A stretch of 64,000 nucleotides of DNA. It comes from an uncultured delta proteobacterium (lineage in GTDB: Bacteria; Desulfobacterota; Syntrophobacteria; Syntrophobacterales; Syntrophobacteraceae). A program made the translations under genes and the position numbers. The notes beneath the pieces are model-generated. The model did not search any database and was not told the DNA's origin. It worked only from the letters and a program-made list of their open reading frames with translations. Below are positions 10,144-19,512 of this stretch, piece after piece. The DNA lies in NCBI GenBank assembly GCA_963808625.1, contig CAWEHK010000029.1, forward strand, positions 96,001-160,000, read 5' to 3'. The stretch's first letter is position 1. Each line of letters begins with the position of its first letter.

Positions 10144-10999
10144 AAAGCGCCAACCTGGTCAAAAGCAGTACTTTGTGATTTGCGGACTGGTCCGGCTTAT
10201 AGGTTTCACCTTCTATGATGAGTCCCACTGCGGTGCCGGATTGAATCAACTTGATGATCATATAGGCAAGGCAGGAGAGGGTATGCTCCAGATCGTGTTC
10301 TTTAAGCGTGTTAAAATCGATGATGATGTTTCGCGATTCGATGGCCGATAGCTCCTTGGTCTTGAGCAGACCGGTCTTGGCCGTCGCTTTCCAGCTGATG
10401 TACTTGACGGGATCTCCGGAAACGTAGTTGCGGATGGAGATGAGGTCGGAGTCGTAGCCGGGGGTGTCTGACGAGACGTCCCCTTTCCATCTGGTCTGGC
10501 CGCCAAGGAGATGGTCGAGGCTGCACCGCTGCAACCTGGGGAAGATGATCAGCTCAAGGTTCTTGGGGATCCTCCGGTAGCGGGTGAAAAAGTTGAAGGG
10601 AAACACCGAGGCAACCACAACTTCGGTTATGGTGTGGACGCCTCTACTTTCAAAAACCACATTCAGGTAGAGCAGTGCGGTGGACCTTGGTCCGACGAAA
10701 GGGAACAGCACTTCCTCACCGTTGATGAGAATCTGGATTAGAAACGCCGGCATGAATCGTCGTCCGTTCGTGAGTTTGATGCCCACCGGGATCGCGGAAT
10801 GAGCGAATCGCTCCTCGGGAAAGTCCAGCGCGACCTCGATGCCACGGAGGTTTTTCCGGCCGAAGATCCCGGAAACAAGCATGTAACTCAACAGGGCCGA
10901 GGTGATGATGTAGAGGAGATTATTTGCGGTGTTGACAGCGGAGAAGCCGATGAGGATGGTCAGGACGATGTAGATGTATCCGGGTTTGTTGATCCTGAT
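10130..10999 (-). CDS. DUF58 protein of the MoxR-DUF58-transglutaminase cluster
   Basis: IRNYVSGDPVKYISWKATAK motif. The frame extends 36 codons upstream of the called ORF (IRINKPGYIYIVLTILIGFSAVNTANNLLY) to an ATC overlapping the moxR stop. Confidence 0.85.
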   Translation of the reverse strand: MRINKPGYIYIVLTILIGFSAVNTANNLLYIITSALLSYMLVSGIFGRKNLRGIEVALDFPEERFAHSAIPVGIKLTNGRRFMPAFLIQILINGEEVLFPFVGPRSTALLYLNVVFESRGVHTITEVVVASVFPFNFFTRYRRIPKNLELIIFPRLQRCSLDHLLGGQTRWKGDVSSDTPGYDSDLISIRNYVSGDPVKYISWKATAKTGLLKTKELSAIESRNIIIDFNTLKEHDLEHTLSCLAYMIIKLIQSGTAVGLIIEGETYKPDQSANHKVLLLTRLALYGQS

Positions 11000-11931
11000 T
11001 ACACCGGGGTGGGAATGTCGGCGAGCAGCGATTTCACGATCTCCCTTTTGTTGATGCTGTCGTATTCCTCACGGGCGATGACGCGATGGGGAATGATAAA
11101 TTCCGCAATCGCCTTGATATCTTCCGGTACGACGAAGTCCTTGCCCGCGAAATAAGCATGAGCCTTGGCGGCATCGATAAGGGCCAGCGCGCCCCGCGTT
11201 GAGAGGCCGACCGAAAAGTAGTCGCTTGCTCTGGTGGTTTCAATGAGATTCAGCATATAGTCGAGGATCTTGTCCGAAACGTAGATTTCCCGCTTGATCA
11301 CCTCCTGGGTCTTGAGGATTTCTTCACCGTTCATGAGCGGTTCGATTTGGTACAGTTCCTTCCGCTTGCTTCCGCCCTTCAGGATCTCCTTCTCGGCGGG
11401 ACGCAGGGGATAGCCGATTCGGATTTTCATCATGAAGCGGTCGAGCTGCGATTCGGGAAGCGGGAAGGTCCCGAACGGTTCCGCAGGGTTCTGCGTGGCG
11501 ATGACAAAAAAGGGTTTGGGCAGATCGTAGGTTTTTCCCTCGATGGTGACCTGCTTTTCGCCCATGGCTTCGAGCAGGGCGCTCTGCGTTTTCGGGGGAG
11601 CGCGGTTGATCTCGTCAACCAGCACGATGTGATTGAAGATGGGGCCCGGCCTGAATTCAAAGGCATTGGCATTCTTGTTAAAGATGAAAAGCCCGGTGAT
11701 GTCTGTGGGCAAAAGGTCGCTGGTGCATTGGACGCGCCCGAAGGTGAGGCCGAGGATTTTGGCGATGGCGATAGCGAGGGTGGTCTTGCCAAGGCCGGGA
11801 AGGTCCTCGATGAGCAGATGACCGCGCGAGAAAAAGCAGGTGAGGGCGAGCCTCAGCGCTTTCTCTTTGCCGTGGAGATACTGTGAAAGGAAAGCTACGG
11901 CGGCTTCTATTCTGTGATTGTTGGTGTCCAT
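10999..11931 (-). CDS. moxR: MoxR-family AAA+ ATPase
   Basis: HLLIEDLPGLGKTT, QCTSDLLPTD, DEINRAPPKTQSALLEAM, LPESQLDRF. Confidence 0.95.
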   Translation of the reverse strand: MDTNNHRIEAAVAFLSQYLHGKEKALRLALTCFFSRGHLLIEDLPGLGKTTLAIAIAKILGLTFGRVQCTSDLLPTDITGLFIFNKNANAFEFRPGPIFNHIVLVDEINRAPPKTQSALLEAMGEKQVTIEGKTYDLPKPFFVIATQNPAEPFGTFPLPESQLDRFMMKIRIGYPLRPAEKEILKGGSKRKELYQIEPLMNGEEILKTQEVIKREIYVSDKILDYMLNLIETTRASDYFSVGLSTRGALALIDAAKAHAYFAGKDFVVPEDIKAIAEFIIPHRVIAREEYDSINKREIVKSLLADIPTPV

Positions 11932-11992
11932 CCCCGATGCCGTGATATGAGTGAGAAGCATTGCGAAAGCCGTAAAAAGCAGTCGCTTCCTG

Positions 11993-13039
11993 TCATCCGT
12001 TCATAATGCGAACCGGGACGTCGTTTCTGCCTCGCGGGAAAATTTCCCCGATACGGACCGCACGCTGCCCCATGGCATTCATTAAGTCTATGATCTCTCG
12101 GGATTCCTCCGGATCAACCACGAGGATGAAACCGATCCCGCAGTTGAAGACATGGAGCATTTCCTCTTCGGAGATCGCGCCTTTTTCCTGGAGAAACCGG
12201 AAAATAGGGGGCATTTCCCAGGCGTTTCGGGAAATTACCGCCTGACACGCACGCGGGAGAATCCTCGGGATGTTGTCGAAAAACCCGCCGCCGGTGATGT
12301 GTGCCATGCCGGCGATGCCAAACTTCTTCAGGATTTTCAGGACGGGCTCGACATAAATCCGGGTTGGCTCGAGGAGTTCCTCCGCTGCGGTTCGGTTGCA
12401 TTCTCTGATTAAGCTGTCAGGCTGGAGCTTGAGCTCGTCAAACAGGATGCGCCGCACCAGGCTGTAGCCGTTGGAATGGAGCCCGCTCGAAGCGAGGCCG
12501 ATGATCTCATCACCCACGTGGATGGTCGAGCCGTCGATGATCTCGGCGTTGTCCACAAGACCCACCGCAAAGCCCGCCATGTCGTATTCGTTCGCCTGGT
12601 AGAAGTCCGGCATTTCCGCGGTTTCTCCGCCGATCAGCGAGCAGCTGGCTTCCTTGCACCCGGCAACAATGCCGCTGATCAGCTGTTCGACGAGGTCCAG
12701 ATCGACTTTGCCAAGAGCCAGATAGTCGAGAAAGAAGAGCGGGCGTGCGCCCTGAACAATGATGTCATTGACGCACATGGCGACGAGATCGATGCCCACC
12801 GTATCATGCCGGTTCGCCCAAAACGCCACTTTCAGCTTGGTGCCGACACCATCCGTGGTGGATACCAGGACCGGGTTCTTCAATTCCGTGCAATTGAACG
12901 AGTAAAGACCCCCAAAACCGCCAATGTCGGTGATTACACCCCCGCGAAAAGTGCTGCGAACAAGCGGCTTGATCCTTGTCACCAGTTCATTGGCTTTGTT
13001 CAGATCCACCCCGGCTTCTCGATATCGGTTCGCTTCCAT
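11993..13039 (-). CDS. purM: Phosphoribosylformylglycinamidine cyclo-ligase (AIR synthase)
   Basis: YREAGVD, TDGVGTKL, GGETAEMP, SSGLHSNGYSL, HITGGG, FNCGIG. Confidence 0.97.
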   Translation of the reverse strand: MEANRYREAGVDLNKANELVTRIKPLVRSTFRGGVITDIGGFGGLYSFNCTELKNPVLVSTTDGVGTKLKVAFWANRHDTVGIDLVAMCVNDIIVQGARPLFFLDYLALGKVDLDLVEQLISGIVAGCKEASCSLIGGETAEMPDFYQANEYDMAGFAVGLVDNAEIIDGSTIHVGDEIIGLASSGLHSNGYSLVRRILFDELKLQPDSLIRECNRTAAEELLEPTRIYVEPVLKILKKFGIAGMAHITGGGFFDNIPRILPRACQAVISRNAWEMPPIFRFLQEKGAISEEEMLHVFNCGIGFILVVDPEESREIIDLMNAMGQRAVRIGEIFPRGRNDVPVRIMNG

Positions 13040-13219
13040 GGATGCCTGATCCCCTCTCGCTGTAAGAAACCCTCTTTTGACTTGTGGCGCCGTTTCACCA
13101 CCGGATGGGAATGGTCAGTCGTGAGGCGCACGAGGTAAAATTGAAAGACTGTTTTATAACACGTATCGGCCACGGAATGGAACAGGCAAAAAGCAGTCAT
13201 TGGCGGCGCCGGTCGCCGC

Positions 13220-13249
13220 TGGTTCCCAAGCTGGAGCTTGGGAACCAGC
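13220..13249. repeat. Palindromic REP-like unit (GTTCCCAAGC-TGGA-GCTTGGGAAC family)
   Basis: Hairpin ctggttcccaagctggagcttgggaaccag. Same family at 18003-18196 and 38563-38655. Confidence 0.8.
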
Positions 13250-13293
13250 AACTCTTTAACCAGCCGGAGGAACGCCGGCAGGGGCAGGTCGCC

Positions 13294-13431
13294 AAGGGAC
13301 TGTCCAAAAACAACTTGCACTCATTTCAGCCGTTTTTCGAACCACGAAGAACACGAAGAACACGAAGAAATCACTTCGTGTCCTTCGTGTTCTTCGTGGT
13401 GAAAGAAGGCCTTTTATTTTTGGACGCCCCC
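13294..13431 (+). repeat. ~135-bp MITE-like repeat with an internal 9-mer tandem hairpin; inverted copy at 58229-58351
   Basis: Outer IR gggactgtccaaaaa / tttttggacgcccc encloses (acacgaaga)n...(tcttcgtgt)n. The reverse complement aligns along its length with 58229-58351. Confidence 0.75.
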
Positions 13432-13511
13432 TAAGCGGGGCTGCGGCCTTCGTCGTGGTTGCTGCTCGTTGCCGTTCGTGTTAAACGGGGATTGCGTGGG
13501 GAGAGGAGAGC

Positions 13512-14576
13512 ATGTCGCAAGCCACCAAGACCCTGAAAAAAACCTTGATCGTACTGTGCTCGATCCTTGTCCTGGCGGGAATGGCCCTGGGGGTGGGGGT
13601 GTTCGAGTTTTGGCTGTTTCTCAGGTCGCCCGCAAGTCCGCGCCTGGAAATCCGCCAGGTGACGATCAGGCCGGGCATGAATGCAGCGGGTGTCGCACAG
13701 CTTCTTGCTGCCGAAGGAATCATCACGGACGCCAGGAAATTCTATTTCCTCTGCCGGCTTCGCCAGGCCGGCCACAAACTGAAGGCCGGAGAATATGGTT
13801 TTTTGCCTCTCTCGACGCCGGGCCAGGTCCTTGAGCAAATGCTCTCCGGTCGGGCCATCCTCCAGCGTGTGACCTTTCCGGAAGGTTCAACCGTTTATGA
13901 CGTCGCCAGAATGATGCAGGAAAAGGGCCTGGCCTCCGCATCGGAGGTCCTGCGGCTGGCTGGGGACGGCGACTTTATCAGGTCCAATGGGCTGAGCGTC
14001 GCGAACCTCGAGGGCTACCTCTTCCCGGAGACGTATTTTTTTCACAGGAGCCAGGGCGAAGGCGCCATGTTGAGAATGATGGTCCGGGAATTCCGGCGAC
14101 GTCTTCCCGAGGGGTGGGAGCAGCAGGCGGCAGAACGGGGCCTTGGTCTCCACGAGATTGTGACCATGGCTTCCATGGTGGAAAAAGAAGCGGTGATTGA
14201 TGCCGAACGTCCTGTCATTGCGGGAGTCTTCTACAATCGCCTGCGCCGGAAGATGCCGCTGCAAAGTGATCCCACCGCCGTTTATGATTTGACCGATTTC
14301 TCCGGGCCCATCTCGGGGCGTCACCTGAGGCGGCCAAGCCCTTACAATACCTATCAGAACCAGGGCCTGCCCATTGGCCCGATATGCAACCCGGGGAGAA
14401 AATCGCTGGAAGCGGCGCTCACGCCTGAAAAAGTCTCCTATCTCTACTTCGTCAGCAACCATGACGGCACCCACCAGTTTTCGCAAACGCTCGCCGAACA
14501 CAATAAAGCGGTGGCCCGTTTGCATCGGAAGCAGAAAGATCTCTATTTTGGAGGAAATTCTACACGCCATGACTGA
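13512..14576 (+). CDS. mltG: Endolytic murein transglycosylase MltG (YceG)
   Basis: N-terminal TM; LEGYLFPETY, ASMVEKE, LQSDPT, SPYNTY, GPICNPG, YLYFVS. Confidence 0.95.
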   Translation: MSQATKTLKKTLIVLCSILVLAGMALGVGVFEFWLFLRSPASPRLEIRQVTIRPGMNAAGVAQLLAAEGIITDARKFYFLCRLRQAGHKLKAGEYGFLPLSTPGQVLEQMLSGRAILQRVTFPEGSTVYDVARMMQEKGLASASEVLRLAGDGDFIRSNGLSVANLEGYLFPETYFFHRSQGEGAMLRMMVREFRRRLPEGWEQQAAERGLGLHEIVTMASMVEKEAVIDAERPVIAGVFYNRLRRKMPLQSDPTAVYDLTDFSGPISGRHLRRPSPYNTYQNQGLPIGPICNPGRKSLEAALTPEKVSYLYFVSNHDGTHQFSQTLAEHNKAVARLHRKQKDLYFGGNSTRHD

Positions 14577-15384
14577 TTCACCGGCGCCACCGGCTGCCAG
14601 CATCGTTTTTGCCGCCGGCAGGGGGACTCGCATGCTTGGTTATGCGGGCAACAAAACCCTCTTGCCCCTCATCCCGAAAACCTCTGCCTACGATGGCGAT
14701 CACCCGCTGCTCCTGGAAGTTCTGGGGAATTTGCCTCCCGGTCCCGTCGGGATTGTCGTTAACCATTGTGCGGAAGAGGTTGAGCGGGCGACGAAGGATT
14801 TTGGCGTTGCCACCATTCCGCAGCCGATAACCAATGGAACGGGGGGAGCGCTGCTCGCCGCCCGCAGCTTCCTGGAAACCGTGCCCCAGGATGCCGTGAT
14901 CATTACCATGGGGGATGTTCCCCTGATTCGTCGGAGGACTTATAGCAGGCTCATTCGCATGCTTGAGGAAAGAGAGTTCGTGATTCTCGCCTTCGAGCCC
15001 CGTGACCGGGCGCAATACGGGATGCTGGAGATGGCAGGAGAGCGCGTCCTGCGGATTGTGGAATGGAAGTACTGGCGCACCTATTCTCCCGCCGAACTGG
15101 CCAGGCTGAGGTTTTGTAACGCCGGCGTTTATGCCGCACGGCGTTCCATCCTGCTCCAGTACCTGGACCGTCTCGCCGATCAGCCTCATCTCGTGGAAAA
15201 GCAGCGGGGTGACCAATGGGTGACGATCAAAGAATACTTCTTGACGGATTTAATAGAATTCATGAGCAGCGATGGCTTGCCGGTCGGATGGGTCCTGGCG
15301 CCGGAGGAGGAAGTGACCGGAGTGGATACCCCTGAAGCGTTGCAGGCGGTCCAGAAGCATTACCGGGAGAGCAGTGGTCAGTGA
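14569..15384 (+). CDS. Nucleotidyltransferase (GlmU N-terminal/MobA-like NTP transferase) without LbH acetyltransferase domain
   Basis: IVFAAGRGTRM, K.L.P, GTGGA, GDVPLI, YG, NAGVY, EYFLTD, GVDT. Start overlaps the end of mltG. Confidence 0.85.
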   Translation: MTDSPAPPAASIVFAAGRGTRMLGYAGNKTLLPLIPKTSAYDGDHPLLLEVLGNLPPGPVGIVVNHCAEEVERATKDFGVATIPQPITNGTGGALLAARSFLETVPQDAVIITMGDVPLIRRRTYSRLIRMLEEREFVILAFEPRDRAQYGMLEMAGERVLRIVEWKYWRTYSPAELARLRFCNAGVYAARRSILLQYLDRLADQPHLVEKQRGDQWVTIKEYFLTDLIEFMSSDGLPVGWVLAPEEEVTGVDTPEALQAVQKHYRESSGQ

Positions 15385-15449
15385 TCAGTGGTCATCACTC
15401 ATCACTCATCACTCAGCACCCAGCACTCAGCACCCATCACTCATCACTC
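15378..15449. repeat. Heptamer tandem repeat tract (TCACTCA/CAGCACT-like) between convergent genes
   Basis: tcactcatcactcatcactcagcacccagcactcagcacccatcactcatcact, preceded by the complementary tcagtgatcagtg. Confidence 0.65.
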
Positions 15450-16448
15450 CCACCCCAACACAATCTTACCGAAGTGACGATTCTCCTTCATGTACTGGTG
15501 GGCATCCTCGACCGCCTGCACGGGGAAGACGCGGTCAAGAATCGGTCGTACCTCTCCTGATTCCAGGAGCGGTCGCACCTGCCTGGTGAAAGCCCTGGTC
15601 AAAGCCGCTTTCTCTTCACGGGACTGGCTGCGCAGCACCGAGCCGATGATCCGCAGGCGCTTGGTGAGGACCGGGGCCAGCGGGAGTTCTCCTTTGTTGC
15701 CGCCCATCAGCCCGATGATGACCAGGCGGCCCCTCGGTTTGAGGATTTCGATGTGCTTCGCGAGGTAGGAAGCCCCAATCCAGTCCAGGATCACATCCAC
15801 GCCCCGGCCTCCGGTAAGTTCGAGGACCCGGGCGGCGAAATCCTCCGTCTGGTAGTTGATCGCGAAAGCGGCGCCCAATTCCAGGCAGCGTGCGATCTTT
15901 TCCTGGGAGCCGACCGTGGTGATAGGCGTCACGCCATGAGCGCGGGCCAGTTGGATTGCTGCGGTCCCCACGCCGCTGCCCCCGCCGTGGACCAGCAGCG
16001 TTTCTCCGCTCTTCGTCTGTGCTTCGATGAAGAGGTTGAAAAAGGCGGTGAAAAAAACCTCGGCAGCCGCGGCGGCCGCGACAAAGTCCAGGTTATCGGG
16101 GATCGAGACGAGATGATCGGCGCTTACCGTCGCGTAGCGGCCGTAGCCGCCGCCGGCGATGATCCCGAAAACCCGCTCTCCAGGGTCCCACCCATCCACA
16201 TTGGGGCCCTTTTCGACGACCACCCCGGCGAAGTCGAGACCGATGATGGGTGATGCTCCCGGTGGGGGCGGATACAGCCCACGCCGCTGCAACAGGTCAG
16301 CCCGGTTCACCGAACAGGCTTCAACGCGCACCAGAACTTCGCCGGCCTTGGGGGAAGGGCGGGGGGCCCGGCCCATGACGAGGGTATTCCAATCCCCTTT
16401 TTGGGCTGGTTCCTGAATCACGATGGCATCCATCAAGGGTTCATTCAT
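15444..16448 (-). CDS. NAD(P)H-quinone oxidoreductase, PIG3/zeta-crystallin family
   Basis: VNRADLLQRRGLYPPPPGAS, LLVHGGGSGVGTAAIQLA, HFGKIVL. Confidence 0.93.
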   Translation of the reverse strand: MNEPLMDAIVIQEPAQKGDWNTLVMGRAPRPSPKAGEVLVRVEACSVNRADLLQRRGLYPPPPGASPIIGLDFAGVVVEKGPNVDGWDPGERVFGIIAGGGYGRYATVSADHLVSIPDNLDFVAAAAAAEVFFTAFFNLFIEAQTKSGETLLVHGGGSGVGTAAIQLARAHGVTPITTVGSQEKIARCLELGAAFAINYQTEDFAARVLELTGGRGVDVILDWIGASYLAKHIEILKPRGRLVIIGLMGGNKGELPLAPVLTKRLRIIGSVLRSQSREEKAALTRAFTRQVRPLLESGEVRPILDRVFPVQAVEDAHQYMKENRHFGKIVLGWE

Positions 16449-17131
16449 TCGAGTTCTCCATGTTCGGCGAAGGAAAAGTAGTGGGGGCCGGCAATGATGA
16501 TATGGTCATGGACATGAATGTCGAGATCGTTCAGGAGTTTCTTCAACCTGCGCGTGAGCTGGCGGTCCGCAGCGGATGGGTTCGGGTCCCCTCCGGGATG
16601 ATTATGGGCCAGAATGACGGCCGTGGCATGATGCTTTACAATGGCTTCCACGACCAGCCTGGGAAAGACCGCCGTGCGGTTGACGCTGCCTTTCTGGACG
16701 GTCTCGGTTGCGAGCAACTCGTTCTTGCTGTTGAGAGCGAGAATACAGAACACTTCGCTGCGCTCCGTTTCGAGCTCAGAGCGCAAAAGCGCGACCGCGT
16801 TGTCCGTGGTGATGACTTTTTTTCTTCGATGATCCCGATTCCATCGGTCCGTTTGGTAGCGGTCGAAAAGGCGGGGAATGGCGGCGATGAGGGTCGCTGC
16901 CTGCGGCCCGATGCCGTCCACTCGTTGAAGGCTGGCCGGCGGCGTATCAAGGACCTCGGCGAGACTCCCAAATGTAGCCAGCAGCTCCTTGGCGAGGGGT
17001 TTGACATCCCGGCGGGGAATCACAAAAGTGAGCAGCAATTCCAGGACCTCATGGTCATGAAATCCGTCCAAAGCACTTTGCTCGAACCTCTCTCGAAGCC
17101 GCTTCCGATGGCCTTCAGGACCGATTGTCAT
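16445..17131 (-). CDS. radC: RadC-family JAB-domain protein
   Basis: GHRKRLRERF, HEVLELLL, HhH VDGIG, JAB motif AHNHPGGDPNPSAAD...DHIII. Confidence 0.95.
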   Translation of the reverse strand: MTIGPEGHRKRLRERFEQSALDGFHDHEVLELLLTFVIPRRDVKPLAKELLATFGSLAEVLDTPPASLQRVDGIGPQAATLIAAIPRLFDRYQTDRWNRDHRRKKVITTDNAVALLRSELETERSEVFCILALNSKNELLATETVQKGSVNRTAVFPRLVVEAIVKHHATAVILAHNHPGGDPNPSAADRQLTRRLKKLLNDLDIHVHDHIIIAGPHYFSFAEHGELE

Positions 17132-17182
17132 GGGGTGCTCCGGCGGCGCTCGAATGCTGAGGATGGCTCAAAGTGCAGGGGC

Positions 17183-17818
17183 TCAAAGCGTACCCTTTTG
17201 CTCAGCGACCTTTTCACGCAACTGCGTAAGAAAGGCATCAAAGGGCTTGCTGGATAAAATAGAACTGAATTGCCCCCGGTAGTTTTCCACCAGGCTGACC
17301 CCTTCAATCACGACGTCGTACACCTTCCACTGTCCACTTATCTGTTTGAGGCGGTAGTCGAGCTGAATGTTGGTGTTTTTGTAGTTCAGCACCCGGGTCT
17401 TCACCAGGGCATAGTCGCCTTCGATCTTTTGCTCGTCGTAAACAAGCTTCTCGTCGGTGTACGTATAGGTTTCCACCCGGCCGACGTAGTAGTTGAAAAG
17501 GAGCTGCTTGAAGAGGTCGACAAACTCCTGCTGTTTTTGGGGCGGCTGTTCTTTCCAGGGGCGTCCGAGGGCGCGCTTGGCCATCTCTCCAAAGTCGAAA
17601 TACTCATCAACAATATGCAGGATCTCCGTCCGGCGTTCGCGGAGACTGGGGGCCGCCCCCGAGTGGGCGCTCCTGATGATCTCGCGGGCGCGATCCGTCC
17701 CCGACTTGATCAGTTCCAAAGGAGAATCGGCGGGAGGGCCGGATGCCGCGGCAACAAGAACGGCCGATAACATCAGAAAGCTCATGCCGACAATCATGAA
17801 ACGAAACCATTTCTGCAT
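17183..17818 (-). CDS. mlaC: MlaC/Ttg2D-family phospholipid-binding periplasmic protein
   Basis: Signal peptide; FDFGEMAKRALGRPW, WKVYDVVIEGVSLVENYRGQF. Confidence 0.9.
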   Translation of the reverse strand: MQKWFRFMIVGMSFLMLSAVLVAAASGPPADSPLELIKSGTDRAREIIRSAHSGAAPSLRERRTEILHIVDEYFDFGEMAKRALGRPWKEQPPQKQQEFVDLFKQLLFNYYVGRVETYTYTDEKLVYDEQKIEGDYALVKTRVLNYKNTNIQLDYRLKQISGQWKVYDVVIEGVSLVENYRGQFSSILSSKPFDAFLTQLREKVAEQKGTL

Positions 17819-18002
17819 TGCAACCCCTCCCATAGCGAAAAACGCTAAGCAAAATCCTTCATTCGATTTGGAAAGCCTGTTTTCGAACCATGTAGTTTAA
17901 CAGCACTTGCACCAAAGCGCGAACAATTTTTCGTGGGCCGTCTGATCATGCTGCCCCTGCCCGCGTACGCCAACTCTGAGCCTGCCGGAAAATTCCCCCT
18001 AA

Positions 18003-18196
18003 AGCAGGTTCCCAAGCTCCGGTTTGGGAACCTGCTTGCTTGGAAGCTCCGGCTTCGTCGGACCTGAGGGTGCCACCTGATACCCAGGAGGCACGGGAAG
18101 CGGGAGCTTCCGTGCGTGCGTTCCCAAGCTGGAGCTTGGGAACGAGCGTACCTTGGAGCTTGGGAACGAGCGTACCTTGGAGCTTGGGAACGAGCG
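18003..18196. repeat. Composite REP-like element (two outer hairpins plus inner IR) with a 24-bp tandem expansion of the right arm
   Basis: Hairpins at 18003-18036 and 18119-18144; inner IR ggaagctcc/ggagcttcc. Unit tggagcttgggaacgagcgtacct starts at 18130, 18154 and 18178. Confidence 0.8.
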
Positions 18197-18287
18197 ATTT
18201 CTCCCACGCTTATGGAAGTGGGCCGATGGGCTTTTTCCATCGATTTCTGGGCAAAATTTGAACTTTCAGAAAGCCTTTCAATCAGGT

Positions 18288-18420
18288 TGGTTTCCATCCG
18301 GGAATAACCCCGATCCGAGCTTGGACCGTGTACTTAAACCGTAGGGGAGGGGTTTATCCCCTCCCGAATGCACTGATGTTATAGCCCGTTTCGGGCGGAT
18401 ATAAGATCCAGCCCTTGTAT
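18288..18420. repeat. GTAG-type REP doublet with partial outer IR
   Basis: gtaggggaggggtttatcccctcccgaatgcac (18341-18373) is a near-exact reverse complement of 34617-34650. Confidence 0.7.
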
Positions 18421-18590
18421 TGTCCAATTCAAGCCTACGGCCTCCGGGTCGTGGCAAGTTAAGAAGGCTCCGGCATCATCGCGGCCATATATTCGCCTTG
18501 ACATCCTTCGCTGAGGCGAATAAAAGCATGCGCAATCAATAAATCCGGGCGTCTGCTCCGGTATTTCAATCTCCTGAAGGAGCAAAGGGT

Positions 18591-19512
18591 ATGCATGATT
18601 GGGTTTTCCTTTTTCCCGGCCAGGGATCGCAATATGTGGGGATGGGACAGGAATTTTACGAGAATTACAGCGAGGTCCAGGAGCTCTTCGCGCAGGCAGG
18701 CGATATCCTGCAAATGGACGTAGCAAAGTTGTGCTTTGAAGGTCCCGAAGAGGTGCTGGTGCTCACCGAAAACGTTCAGCCCGCCATCACCGTGGTGAAC
18801 CTGGCCTGCCTCGCGGTGATGCAACTTCATGAAATCTATCCGGCGGCAACGGCCGGCCATAGCCTGGGAGAATACAGCGCCCTTTATACCGCAGGGGTCC
18901 TGGAGCTGAAAGATGTTCTGGAGCTCGTGCGGCTGCGTGGCCTGTACATGCACGAAGCCTCTCTGGCAGAACCGGGGGCCATGGCTGCCGTGATGGAACT
19001 GGACCAGGACAAGCTCCTTGATATCTGCGAGATGTGCGGGGTGGAGGTCGCCAATATTAACTGTCCCGAGCAGATCATCATCACTGGTCCGGTTGAACCC
19101 ATCGAACCGTGCGGTGACGATGAGTGAGAGCGCCGGGGCCAAGAAGTGCATGAGGCTCAACGTGAGCGGCCCCTGGCACAGCCGCTGTATGCAAATCGCC
19201 CGTGAGCGGTTCGATCCCTTCGTCCGCGCCTGCACTTTCCGCGAACCGAAGGTCCCGGTGATCAATAATGTCGATGCGTTGCCCCTCGAAAATGCGGCCC
19301 GGACAGCGGACAAGCTCATCAGCCAGATCTGCAACCCGGTGCTGTGGCAGCAATCCATGGAGCGGCTCATTGCCGATGGGCACAACCACTTTGTCGAAGT
19401 AGGACCGAAAAAAGTCCTTCGCGGCCTGATGCGCCGCATCAACCGCAACGCCAAAGTGCTCAATGTGGAAGACGCCGCCAGCCTCGCCAGTTTCCTGCAA
19501 GCGAACCAGTGA
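18591..19512 (+). CDS. fabD: Malonyl-CoA:ACP transacylase (frameshift near 19105, probable indel error)
   Basis: FLFPGQGSQYVGMG, QPAI, GHSLGEYSAL, VANIN in ORF 18591-19127. LNVSGPWHS, QICNPVLW and EVGPKKVL in ORF 19018-19512. Confidence 0.92.

Noticed and set aside
16445..17131. radC as a marker of a prophage or ICE
   Set aside because: It is the full-length chromosomal form with the N-terminal HhH region, in an operon with housekeeping genes and with no mobile genes adjacent.
18130..18196. 24-bp direct repeats resembling a mini CRISPR array
   Set aside because: Units are head-to-tail with no unique spacers, derive from a REP arm, and no cas genes are in the window.
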